Shown in pieces: positions 42,031-54,551 of a stretch of DNA of 64,000 nt (within the stretch, counting starts at the first letter, position 1; every line of letters begins with the position of its first letter). The position numbers and the translations under genes were made by a program. Source of the stretch: Mytilus trossulus (taxonomy: Eukaryota); NCBI RefSeq assembly GCF_036588685.1, contig NC_086373.1, forward strand, positions 15,314,001 to 15,378,000, written 5' to 3'. Under the pieces are notes generated by a model, which saw nothing but the letters and a program-made list of their open reading frames with translations, did not search any database and had not been told where the DNA came from.

Positions 42031-44300
42031 CGGTTTAACATGTTTTGGTGACCTTCTGTTGTTGTTTTTTTCTCTGGTAGGGTTGTTGTCTCTTTGGCAT
42101 ATTTCCCATTACCATTCTTAATTTTATTGTATGTCCATTTTCTGTATGTGATGACTATGTTAATTACACATATTCCAATGACCTGAAGGATATTATAGAC
42201 TTGAATTCGTATGGTAGGTGATGCATATATGGCAGGAGACGCTTACCATGTCGAAGTACTCGGTCCCACGTCCTGGTTTTGTTTGTTACCCTGGTTTGTC
42301 TCTTCCTAATGGATTTACTAGATGTGAACACCAGTAAACTCATGTTAAATTATTTATACTGATAATTTGACTTACTTTGGCAGTTAACAATTAGTTACAA
42401 ACAGACTTGGATTATTCTTTTTCACATCACTTTAACATACCTTCATAGAATATTTTAAAACACTTATCTGTATTAAAATGATAAATTGACTGAGTTTTTG
42501 TTAATCAATTTTTACTCTTTAACATTGACAGAAGCAAGAATAACAAAAACTTCTTCCTAAAATTCCTCAATAGTAAATGCTGAATACAGCAAAATGAATA
42601 TGCCATCTTGACACCAGTTGCAAAGCTTGGAGTTCTTTTATAAAAAAAATTGAAGGACTGTTATGATGTTTTTTAAAGAAAGAACATTTCATATTTGTGT
42701 TCTAAATTAAGCGAAGATAGTTCTTCAAATGTATTTTTCCAATCACGTCAATGCTTGCTTCATTGGATAACAACCTGCAAATAGCTGTCCCACAGATAAT
42801 ACCAATCCATTTACCGAAGACTTAGTTCTGATTACAGAAACACAGTGCGTCATTAATGGAAATCTTAATTTGAAAAGACCAACCGCAGTAAGTTTTTGGT
42901 AGAGCAATAATCAAACTGACGACGGTGTATTGACATTTATCTTCAGCAAGGTTATATCTATGTATACAATCATACAAGTAGTTGTAAGTGATGGATGAAT
43001 TTAGCTTTTTTCAAACTTATTTATTAATATTCCTTCTAAAAGAAAACATTTAAATGTAACCTTTGTTTTTTATGACAAATGGCCAACGGTATTCATTGTC
43101 CGTGAAATGCAGAATGAAAAGGAGTTTGGAATTAATATGTTTAACATGAAAATCAATCGAAATTAAAACTTGGGTGAAACGTTATATATATATTACAAGA
43201 ATTCAATGTTTTGTTTTTGGCTCTACTTTTGGTCATTTGCCAGTTTGTCAACGTTTTGGAATTTAGATGATTCGACCAATAGCATCAATGAAGAGACATT
43301 ATTTGTTGACATGCACATCTTATGCTATAACATGAGTACCGATAATGCATTGAATTAAACTGTTTAAAGATTATTTATTGATTAACCTTCTAAAAAGAAA
43401 CCATTTAAATACTATTACTAGTAATAACGATTTATATAAAGTAATATTTTTATAAGAGTTTCGACGTCAAAGAGACTTATTCTTTCTTCTTCTTCCCATT
43501 AACTGTCGTAAAATGTTAAAGTTGAGAGTAACACACATTTAATGGACAGCAATCTGAACAATTACAATGATAAATCAACTGTTATTGATTGCCAGAAATC
43601 ATGGTTATTCTGTAACGTACGTAGATTAGAATAATTACAACATGGGTTTGCTTGCTTTCATTAGATATGATCGAAACCAAAAGCTTAAAAGCCAAATGCG
43701 AACAGAAAATCTTTATCGTGGAATTGGGGTTTCGGGTTGATCATAATTTGAAAGTTAAAAATTATTAATCCACTGCATCATTTAATCATGCTAGTTCTGC
43801 ACAAAATGATAATGGTGCACAGGGAATAACGGTCTGCTATCGGCAAGCAACACCGAATCAGTTGTTATGTAAGCATTATACACTGATACTAGTCTATCTG
43901 AAATTAACTTCATCTGCTTGAATAACAATAACACTGATGACCTGATTAATATTATGACCATGATACCATACCAATAGTCAAAAGAGGCAGATGCATTCTC
44001 AACAAAACGATACAACGATCATATAAAAGAAAAGATATAGTACCGAAGCTCAATGATAACAAATAGTAACATAGTTAACGACTAATAGTAACTTCCCATT
44101 CACAGCGTATGATTAACGATATTTTGTTGGGAATAATAAAACACAGGAAGTTGCCATTGTAAAATATGAGGACACTGCAACATATTGATACTGTAACTAC
44201 TTTATTTATTAATCGGGGACGTCGGAAAACATTACACCTAGAGATGTTTAAGAAAACGAAACGTACAACGCTAGGACGTCTCACGATAAGAAAACACATG

Positions 44301-44686
44301 CTAAACTATAATCCTGGTACCTTTGATAACTATTTACACCACTGGGTCGATACCACTGCTGGTGGACGTTTCGTCCCCGAGGGTATCACCAGCCCAGTAG
44401 TCAACACTTCGGTGTTGACAGGAATATCAATAATGTGGTCATTTTAATAAATTTCCTGTTACAGAATTTTGAATTTTTCAAAAAACTAAGGATTTTCTTA
44501 TCCCAGGCATAGATTACCTTAGCCGTATTTGACACAACTTTTTGAATTTTGGATCCTCAATGCTCTTCAACTTTGTACGTGTTTGGCTTTATAAATATTT
44601 TGATATGAGCGTCACTGATGAGTCTTATGTAGACGAAACGCGAGTCTGGCGTACTAAATTATAATCCTGGTACCTTTGATAACTAT
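44301..44686 (+). mobile_element. Solo retrozyme copy (subfamily 1): a 353-bp unit plus a 33-bp terminal direct repeat; intact HHR core at 44615
   Basis: Homologous to the array monomer. ctaaa(c/t)tataatcctggtacctttgataactat occurs at both ends. Confidence 0.9.
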
Positions 44687-45357
44687 GATATATTTGTTTA
44701 AAAAAAATTGAATCCGTCCCATGATTGAGTCTTATATATCATATCAGAAGTTCGTGCTTCTGATCATATACTCTATAAATGAAAAATTGCTGTATAAATT
44801 GATCAGATTCTTAGAAAAGATAACCAAGAAACTCTCAACCAGTCAACAAGGCAACTATTTATTTGGTCTCTGGTGAAAAGGTGTCTCATTGGTAATCATA
44901 CCACATCATTCTTATTTTTTATCAGAACAACAAAACGCAATAAATAAGTGTAGTGTTCATAAGCAAATAAGAGTCTATAATTTGTATGAATGAGTTTTAA
45001 ACTATTGTAGCTAAATTCAATAGAGAGTAAATGACATAAATTACAAGGAACAATTACATCAAGGATTTATAACATATAACGCAAACTGCTGAAATATCAT
45101 TTTAAGTAAACATCAGGGAATAAATAGATATTTAATAGTTCAGAGTACCGGTGAACAACGATTGCATTGGTGATGATAACTGTGATGAAGCACCAAGCGT
45201 AATAATCTAATTTTTGTCACGTCTCTAGAGCCATGTAATAGCACTACATCCGAAGATACCGTTGGTACTTTTCTAACATGTAAAATATACAGTTTCGAAT
45301 TGAAATGCCTTTATAAGCACCATGTAGAGTCGAATAGCACTTTTGCAATTTTGTATC

Positions 45358-45663
45358 AATAAACTCATCAAAGATACCAGGGCTAAATTAAGTAATACGC
45401 CAGACGCGCGTTTCGTCTACAAAAGACTCATCAGTGACGCTCGAATCCAAAAAAAGTTAAAAAGTCCAAAAAAAGTTGAAGAGCATTGAGGACCAAAATT
45501 CCTATTAGATTTGCCAAATACAGCTAAGGTAATCTATGCCTGAGGTAGAAAAGCCTTAGTATTTAAAACAAATCAAGTTGTAAACAGTTAATTTATAAAG
45601 ATAACCATATCAATGACAATTCATGTCAGCACAAAATGTACTGACTACTGGGCTTGTAATAAC
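45358..45663 (-). mobile_element. Retrozyme copy (subfamily 2), 5'-truncated; intact HHR at 45397-45440
   Basis: The reverse complement reads gcgtcaCTGATGAgtcttttgtagacGAAAcgcgcGTCtggcgt. Confidence 0.9.
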
Positions 45664-45738
45664 CTCATGTTTGTTTAAAATGTTTTACGTATTTGTAAAG
45701 ACTCTAAGTCTCGTTGCGATGTTCATCGAGAAGAGTAT

Positions 45739-48700
45739 AGTCTTATGTAGACGAAACGCACGTCTGGCGTATGAAATTATAATCCTGGTACTTTTGATAA
45801 CTATTTACACCACTGGGTCGATGCCACTGCTGGTGGACGTTTCGTCCCCGAGGGTATCACCAGCCTAGTAGTCAGCACTTCGGTGTTGACATGAATATCA
45901 ATTATATGGTCATTTTTATAAATTTTCTGTTTACAAAACTTTGAACTTTTCGAAAAACTAAGGATTTTCTTACCCCAGGAGTAGATTACCTTAGCCGTAT
46001 TTGGCACAACTTTTTGGAATTTTTGGTCCTCAATGCTCTTCAACTTTGTATATGTTTTGGCTTTTTCACTATTTTGATCTGAGCGTCACTGATGAGTCTT
46101 ATGAAGACGAAACGTGCGTCTGGCGTATGAAATTATAATCCTGGTACTTTTGATAACTATTTACACCACTGGGTCGATGCCACTGCTGGTGGACGTTTCG
46201 TCCCCGAGGGTATCACCAGCCTAGTAGTCAGCACTTCGGTGTTGACATGAATATCAATTATATGGTCATTTTTATAAATTTTCTGTTTACAAAACTTTGA
46301 ACTTTTCGAAAAACTAAGGATTTTCTTACCCCAGGAGTAGATTACCTTAGCCGTATTTGGCACAACTTTTTGGAATTTTTGGTCCTCAATGCTCTTCAAC
46401 TTTGTATATGTTTTGGCTTTTTCACTATTTTGATCTGAGCGTCACTGATGAGTCTTATGTAGACGAAACGCGCGTCTGGCGTATGAAATTATAATCCTGA
46501 TACTTTTGATAACTATTTACACCACTGGGTCGATGCCACTGCTGGTGGACGTTTCGTCCCCGAGGGTATCACCAGCCTAGTAGTCAGCACTTTGGTGTTG
46601 ACATGAATATCAATTATATGGTCATTTTTATAAATTTTCTGTTTACAAAACTTTGAACTTTTCGAAAAACTAAGGATTTTCTTACCCCAGGAGTAGATTA
46701 CCTTAGCCGTATTTGGCACAACTTTTTGGAATTTTTGGTCCTCAATGCTCTTCAACTTTGTATATGTTTTGGCTTTTTCACTATTTTGATCTGAGCGTCA
46801 CTGATGAGTCTTATGTAGACGAAACGCGCGTCTGGCGTATGCAATTATAATCCTGGTACTTTTGATAACTATTTACACCACTGGGTCGATGCCACTGCTG
46901 GTGGACGTTTCGTCCCCGAGGGTATCACCAGCCTAGTAGTCAGCACTTCGGTGTTGACATAAATATCAATTATATGGTCATTTTTATAAATTTTCTGTTT
47001 ACAAAACTTTGAACTTTTCGAAAAACTAAGGATTTTCTTACCCCAGGAGTAGATTACCTAAACCGTATTTGGCACAACATTTTGGAATTTTTGGTCCTCA
47101 ATGCTCTTCAACTTTGTATATGTTTTGGCTTTTTCACAATTTTGATCTGAGCGTCACTGATGAGTCTTATGTAGACGAAACGCGCGTCTGGCGTATGAAA
47201 TTATAATCCTGGTACTTTTGATAACTATTTACACCACTGGGTCGATGCCACTGCTGGTGGACGTTTCGTCCCCGAGGGTATCACCAGCCTAGTAGTCAGC
47301 ACTTCGGTGTTGACATGAATATCAATTATATGGTCATTTTTATAAATTTTCTGTTTACAAAACTTTGAACTTTTCGAAAAACTAAGGATTTTCTTACCCC
47401 AGGAGTAGATTACCTTAGCCGTATTTGGCACAACTTTTTGAAATTTTTGGTCCTCAATGCTCTTCAACTTTGTATATGTTTTGGCTTTTTCACTATTTTG
47501 ATCTGAGCGTCACTGATGAGTCTTATGTAGACGAAACGCGCGTCTGGCGTATGAAATTATAATCCTGGTACTTTTGATAACTATTTACACCACTGGGTCG
47601 ATGCCACTGCTGGTGGACGTTTCGTCCCCGAGGGTATCACCAGCCTAGTAGTCAGCACTTTGGTGTTGACATGAATATCAATTATATGGTCATTTTTATA
47701 AATTTTCTGTTTACAAAACTTTGAACTTTTCGAAAAACTAAGGATTTTCTTACCCCAGGAGTAGATTACCTTAGCCGTATTTGGCACAACTTTTTGGAAT
47801 TTTTGGTCCTCAATGCTCTTCAACTTTGTATATGTTTTGGCTTTTTCACTATTTTGATCTGAGCGTCACTGATGAGTCTTATGTAGACGAAACGCGCGTC
47901 TGGCGTATGCAATTATAATCCTGGTACTTTTGATAACTATTTACACCACTGGGTCGATGCCACTGCTGGTGGACGTTTCGTCCCCGAGGGTATCACCAGC
48001 CTAGTAGTCAGCACTTCGGTGTTGACATAAATATCAATTATATGGTCATTTTTATAAATTTTCTGTTTACAAAACTTTGAACTTTTCGAAAAACTAAGGA
48101 TTTTCTTACCCCAGGAGTAGATTACCTAAACCGTATTTGGCACAACATTTTGGAATTTTTGGTCCTCAATGCTCTTCAACTTTGTATATGTTTTGGCTTT
48201 TTCACAATTTTGATCTGAGCGTCACTGATGAGTCTTATGTAGACGAAACGCGCGTCTGGCGTATGAAATTATAATCCTGGTACTTTTGATAACTATTTAC
48301 ACCACTGGGTCGATGCCACTGCTGGTGGACGTTTCGTCCCCGAGGGTATCACCAGCCTAGTAGTCAGCACTTCGGTGTTGACATGAATATCAATTATATG
48401 GTCATTTTTATAAATTTTCTGTTTACAAAACTTTGAACTTTTCGAAAAACTAAGGATTTTCTTACCCCAGGAGTAGATTACCTTAGCCGTATTTGGCACA
48501 ACTTTTTGAAATTTTTGGTCCTCAATGCTCTTCAACTTTGTATATGTTTTGGCTTTTTCACTATTTTGATCTGAGCGTCACTGATGAGTCTTATGTAGAC
48601 GAAACGCGCGTCTGGCGTATGAAATTATAATCCTGGTACTTTTGATAACTATTTACACCACTGGGTCGATGCCACTGCTGGTGGACGTTTCGTCCCCGAG

Positions 48701-50432
48701 GGTATCACCAGCCTAGTAGTCAGCACTTTGGTGTTGACATGAATATCAATTATATGGTCATTTTTATAAATTTTCTGTTTACAAAACTTTGAACTTTTCG
48801 AAAAACTAAGGATTTTCTTACCCCAGGAGTAGATTACCTTAGCCGTATTTGGCACAACTTTTTGGAATTTTTGGTCCTCAATGCTCTTCAACTTTGTATA
48901 TGTTTTGGCTTTTTCACTATTTTGATCTGAGCGTCACTGATGAGTCTTATGTAGACGAAACGCGCGTCTGGCGTATGCAATTATAATCCTGGTACTTTTG
49001 ATAACTATTTACACCACTGGGTCGATGCCACTGCTGGTGGACGTTTCGTCCCCGAGGGTATCACCAGCCTAGTAGTCAGCACTTCGGTGTTGACATAAAT
49101 ATCAATTATATGGTCATTTTTATAAATTTTCTGTTTACAAAACTTTGAACTTTTCGAAAAACTAAGGATTTTCTTACCCCAGGAGTAGATTACCTAAACC
49201 GTATTTGGCACAACATTTTGGAATTTTTGGTCCTCAATGCTCTTCAACTTTGTATATGTTTTGGCTTTTTCACAATTTTGATCTGAGCGTCACTGATGAG
49301 TCTTATGTAGACGAAACGCGCGTCTGGCGTATGAAATTATAATCCTGGTACTTTTGATAACTATTTACACCACTGGGTCGATGCCACTGCTGGTGGACGT
49401 TTCGTCCCCGAGGGTATCACCAGCCTAGTAGTCAGCACTTCGGTGTTGACATGAATATCAATTATATGGTCATTTTTATAAATTTTCTGTTTACAAAACT
49501 TTGAACTTTTCGAAAAACTAAGGATTTTCTTACCCCAGGAGTAGATTACCTTAGCCGTATTTGGCACAACTTTTTGAAATTTTTGGTCCTCAATGCTCTT
49601 CAACTTTGTATATGTTTTGGCTTTTTCACTATTTTGATCTGAGCGTCACTGATGAGTCTTATGTAGACGAAACGCGCGTCTGGCGTATGAAATTATAATC
49701 CTGGTACTTTTGATAACTATTTACACCACTGGGTCGATGCCACTGCTGGTGGACGTTTCGTCCCCGAGGGTATCACCAGCCTAGTAGTCAGCACTTTGGT
49801 GTTGACATGAATATCAATTATATGGTCATTTTTATAAATTTTCTGTTTACAAAACTTTGAACTTTTCGAAAAACTAAGGATTTTCTTACCCCAGGAGTAG
49901 ATTACCTTAGCCGTATTTGGCACAACTTTTTGGAATTTTTGGTCCTCAATGCTCTTCAACTTTGTATATGTTTTGGCTTTTTCACTATTTTGATCTGAGC
50001 GTCACTGATGAGTCTTATGTAGACGAAACGCGCGTCTGGCGTATGAAATTATAATCCTGGTACTTTTGATAACTATTTACACCACTGGGTCGATGCCACT
50101 GCTGGTGGACGTTTCGTCCCCGAGGGTATCACCAGCCTAGTAGTCAGCACTTCGGTGTTGACATGAATATCAATTATATGGTCATTTTTATAAATTTTCT
50201 GTTTACAAAACTTTGAACTTTTCGAAAAACTAAGGATTTTCTTACCCCAGGAGTAGATTACCTTAGCCGTATTTGGCACAACTTTTTGGAATTTTTGGTC
50301 CTCAATGCTCTTCAACTTTGTATATGTTTTGGCTTTTTCACTATTTTGATCTGAGCGTCACTGATGAGTCTTATGTAGACGAAACGCGCGTCTGGCGTAT
50401 GAAATTATAATCCTGGTACTTTTGATAACTAT
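45739..50432 (+). mobile_element. Tandem array of non-LTR retrozyme units (356 bp x about 13.2) with 13 type I hammerhead ribozymes
   Basis: CTGATGA occurs at 46089+356n (n=0..12). Each is in the context GCGTCA-CTGATGA-GTCT(TATGT)AGAC-GAAAC-GCGC-GTC^TGGCGT, with loop variants in the first copy. Confidence 0.95.
46439..46482 (+). ncRNA. Type I hammerhead ribozyme (representative copy); predicted cleavage after C46476
   Basis: Stem I GCGUCA/UGGCGU, core CUGAUGA, stem II GUCU/AGAC, GAAA, minimal stem III with palindromic GCGC loop, GUC triplet. Confidence 0.93.
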
Positions 50433-51069
50433 ATGTATGTACAAATTTCTTCAAAAGTTTTACCCAACTGTAGTATGTATTCCTCTCTTCATACTGAACT
50501 ACTGTCATACATTTAAGCTAATTGATTCAGTAAAAGCGTTTTAGTGTGCAGTAAGCACAGTGAATACAAATAATGCCTACCATTCAAGTCTATATTTTCT
50601 AGGTCTATGTCAACAAGTTGAAATAACTAATAAGCAACTGTTTTATTAGGCATTTGCATTGTTTGTAAAGGTCTGACTTGGATATGTAAATTTCTCTCCT
50701 AATGAATTTTATGCATAATAAGTTCAAAGAAAAATCTCAATACATTGAACCCCTAAGAAAATTCAAAACGGAACGTCCTGAATTAAATGGCAAAATCAAA
50801 AGCTGAAACACATCAAACGAATGGACAACAACTGTCATATTCCTGTTTTGGTGCAGTATTTTCTTATGTACAAAAGGGTGGACTCAAATAAATTGTATAG
50901 CTAGCTAAACCTGCCAATACATTGTTCGGTTGGTCAATATGTTTTTTTAAAGGAAGCTATTGTGTAATTTAAATATGGATACTTTTTTTTCTAAACGATT
51001 ACTGATCTGGGGCATTAAAGGGAAATAATTTAAATTCAAGCATTGTACACATAAACCAAATCAAAATTA

Positions 51070-51340
51070 ACAAAATTATGAATTGGTATGCCATACGCAT
51101 GTTTGGTCTACCAGAGACTCATCGGTGACAATAAAAAAAGTCCGAAATGCCAAATAAAGTATGAAGATGCAGAGCATTATGGAAGCACATTTTTCAATCA
51201 AAGGCTGAGGTGAACAATTCCTGGGGTTGATAATCATAAGTATTTTGAATGATTTAAATTTTTGCAAACTAATTATATTTATATTTTGTGCCTTGTCAAT
51301 GATAATAAATGTAAACATAGAAGTACTGATGATACCCTCG
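51070..51340 (-). mobile_element. Degenerate retrozyme fragment
   Basis: gtctaccagagactcatcggtgac...aaataaagtatgaag...gagcatt. Confidence 0.6.
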
Positions 51341-52567
51341 TAATATATAGACGGATCTTCAAAACTTTAATTGTGTCCCTTGATACAACAGTTATTTAAA
51401 AATTTCACTCACCTTCAAAATAATTAAAAAAACAAAAAAAAACACATGATAAATGTTGAACAATTATGGAGATAACGTGAACAGCCCCTGCAAAATGTCA
51501 ATATGAAGGTAGTTAAAAGTTGACAGAACAAAATTCTGCTGTTTATAAAGTTGATTATTTCCGTTTGATATTAGCAAGTTATTAGCTGCTACAAAAATAT
51601 TACAAATGAAAACTTCTTAACAAACAAAGCAATAAATAATTGACAAACAAAACAATGTTTGGAACTAATTATTTATAAAATTTCATAAGAACAGATTTTT
51701 TCATATACAAATCAGACTTTTATAAACCAGTGCATAATATAAGAGTACGCTATTTTCTTATTTTCATTTCATGACACAGTTGATGAGTGTTGGCTTTTGT
51801 TTTTTGTTGCACTTCGGTGTTCCTGTTGCTTTTTGTTTTCCTCTTATAGTTGATGTATTTCCCTCTGTTTTGGTTTGTAACCTGAATTAGTTTTTTTCTC
51901 ATTCGATTTATGACATTTGAACACCGGTATACTACTGTTGTCTTTATTTAGAGACATTTCTGGACACGGATGGTAAGGATTATCCTAATTTCAAAGCTCG
52001 CACTTCACACTAACAACCTTTAACTGAAGCAATGTTTTACTAGATGCTTAGTTAATGTATAAGAATACATTATACAATTGGGTAAAACGTTTTAAGCAAA
52101 TGGTATAGGATAGCCAAAGCCTTCTGGATAACGACAGTAATATTCAGTATTCAAAAGGTTTAGACACAATATATTGTACAGTTGATATTGGCATTACTAC
52201 TTTCATTAAACCACTCATTTTACTTTTTTTAATGAGAAATCTTAAAAAGAACTTTTAAAAAATAAATCGTAAAATAGCACCTCAATCATAGTCGGTATGC
52301 CAAAACCATCGTATATATATCATGAATACATAATGAATATATATACCAAATGCACATGCAACTTGTACGAGTTATCATATACAAATAATAACAAGCATTT
52401 GGGGAAAAGTAGTAAGGAAAGGAGTAGTACTTTTTGCTGTTCTATGCGTCCTTTAATCATATTATTCAAAAAGTAGTATTAACTTAAATGTATCAATATT
52501 TTTTTTACACTTATTTACTGGCTTTTAGAGCAATTTACCTCATTATCAACGAATAGCTAGTGAAAAT

Positions 52568-52830
52568 CAACTTATCATAAATTCATGGATGACATTTTGT
52601 ATTTACGAACAGACGCGCGTTTCGTCTTAAAAAGACTCATCAGTGACGCTCGAATCCAAAAAAGTTAAAAAGACAAAATAAAGTACGAAGTAGAAGATCA
52701 GTGATGACCAAGATTCCTAAAGGTTTTGCCAAATACAGCTAAGGTAATATATTATTGAGGAACAAAACCTTAGTATTTAAAAAATAAAAATTTGTTAACA
52801 GTTAATTTATAAAAATGACCATATCGATGT
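52568..52830 (-). mobile_element. Retrozyme fragment (subfamily 2); HHR core intact, stem I weakened
   Basis: cagacgcgcgtttcgtcttaaaaagactcatcagtgacgctcg at 52610-52652. Confidence 0.8.
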
Positions 52831-53309
52831 TCAAAGAGTTATTCAAAAGGAAGAGCTTGATTTCGGTTTATTGGTTATCGAAGAGCACATAAATATTGAC
52901 GTACGTGTATCAATTCATCATCGCACTCATGATGAATTCCGTTATTTGATACATTTATTGATTCCGTTATCTTATATACTTATTCTATTATCTTATATAC
53001 TTGTGGCTATTTTCACAACATTACATACTTGTGAAATTTAATCTCTATCAGAGAAACAATCATTTGATAGTATAACCTTGACGTCATAGCAGATAAGACA
53101 TCGCAAAAACAGCAATAGTTTGTGCAAGCGTAAGGTTTTCGGTAACGTCCTTTACAAATGAAAATGAGTCCGTAAATTCTACGCATTAGCATAACTTCTG
53201 ACTCTTCCTAGGCCATCTTTTCAATTATAAACCAACATAGAAAACTTAAGACTGAGCAAAACAAACCCTACAAAACCCGTGGTTGATCTCAGCCGCACCA
53301 GAACAAATA

Positions 53310-53730
53310 TTTGATTCAAGTGTCATTTGTGAGTCTTATGTAGACAAAAAGCGCGTCTTCTATACTTATATTACAAACCACGTATATTTGATGAGCTTTT
53401 ACACTATCAGAGTCGAAGTAACCACGAGGGTATCACCAGCCTAGTAATAACTGTACTTTAAATTATATCAGCACTAAAGTTTTTTAATGCATACATAGCC
53501 TTTGGGACAACCTTGGAATTTTTTGTTTTCATACATACACGCTTGTAAGTAAATAGATACCAGGATTAAAAAAAAATGTTTACGCCAAGCCAGGCTCCTA
53601 AAGACTCATCAGTGATGCTCGAGTCTAAAAATGCCAAATAAAGTATGAAGCTTAAAAATGATTGACCCTTCAACCGGTTTTATTTGAGTGACACTGATGA
53701 ATCTAATATAGACGAATTTTTGTCTGGAGA
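53310..53730. mobile_element. Cluster of decayed retrozyme fragments in both orientations
   Basis: gagtcttatgtagac (53331), gagggtatcaccagcctagta (about 53427), gactcatcagtgatgctcg (about 53603), cactgatgaatc (about 53692). Confidence 0.6.
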
Positions 53731-54112
53731 ACAGTTGTCTCTGTGATAATGACATTGTCGGTGGACAGTTTGTGTGAGTATGTATCAATATCCAGTATCT
53801 AGCGCTCCTGACCTGACGTGAAATATCGTAAATGCGGTCGATGTAAATTTAATGTTCATAAAATATTAAAAATTATTGGAAACACTTCTGCATAGTTGAT
53901 CTTGACTAGCTTTGAAAATGAGAAATCAAATCATGAAAGATACCAAAAAGAGAAATTCAAATTCATAAGTTAAAAACAAACTGGAATACGATTAAAAGAC
54001 ATACAACAGTACACGAAACACAACATAAAAAACTAAAGGTAGAGCAAAACGAACCGGTGGTGATATCATGTTTCCATGAAGGCTAAACAGATTCTGCTCC
54101 TGAGATGAAAGA

Positions 54113-54250
54113 CAATTACTTACAAATGTTCTGTTCAATTACTTACAAATGTTCTGTTTAATTACTTACAAATGTTCTGTTTAATTACTTACAAATGTTC
54201 TGTTCAATTACTTACAAATGTTCTGTGCAATTACTTACAAATGTCCTGTT
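54113..54250. repeat. 23-bp tandem repeat, about 6 copies
   Basis: caattacttacaaatgttctgtt. Confidence 0.9.
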
Positions 54251-54520
54251 TGCAAGGATCTTCAACATCGTAATTGGTTTGACATTTAAACTTTTTTGAT
54301 TCAAGTGATAAAGGTGAGTCTTGATTTCAAAACTCGCATCAGGCACACTAGAATATAAGCTGAGAATAATTGACGAATTATGATATCAAACATCAGTCTA
54401 TTTCATTTTTTTTTTTGTAAAATTGTATAACGTTAGTACATATGGATAAAGAAAGACAGTTTAAACTTAACCTTTTTTTGTTTATTTCCTAATGACGACA
54501 AAATGCTGTAAAACAGATAT

Positions 54521-54524
<4 letters not shown>

Positions 54525-54551
<27 letters not shown>

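Noticed and set aside
46185-46220. Second hammerhead on the minus strand (CTGGTGA...GACGAAACGTC)
   Set aside because: The core reads CUGGUGA rather than CUGANGA and is itself paired with CACCAG; no valid stem I/III topology.
45801-50315. Repeated 80-aa minus-strand ORFs (MKSIEDQKFQ...)
   Set aside because: They are antisense to the retrozyme monomer, absent in every third unit, and have no recognisable domain; a by-product of the repeat.
45739-50432. CRISPR-like array
   Set aside because: Whole units are near-identical with no unique spacers; eukaryotic context and no cas genes.
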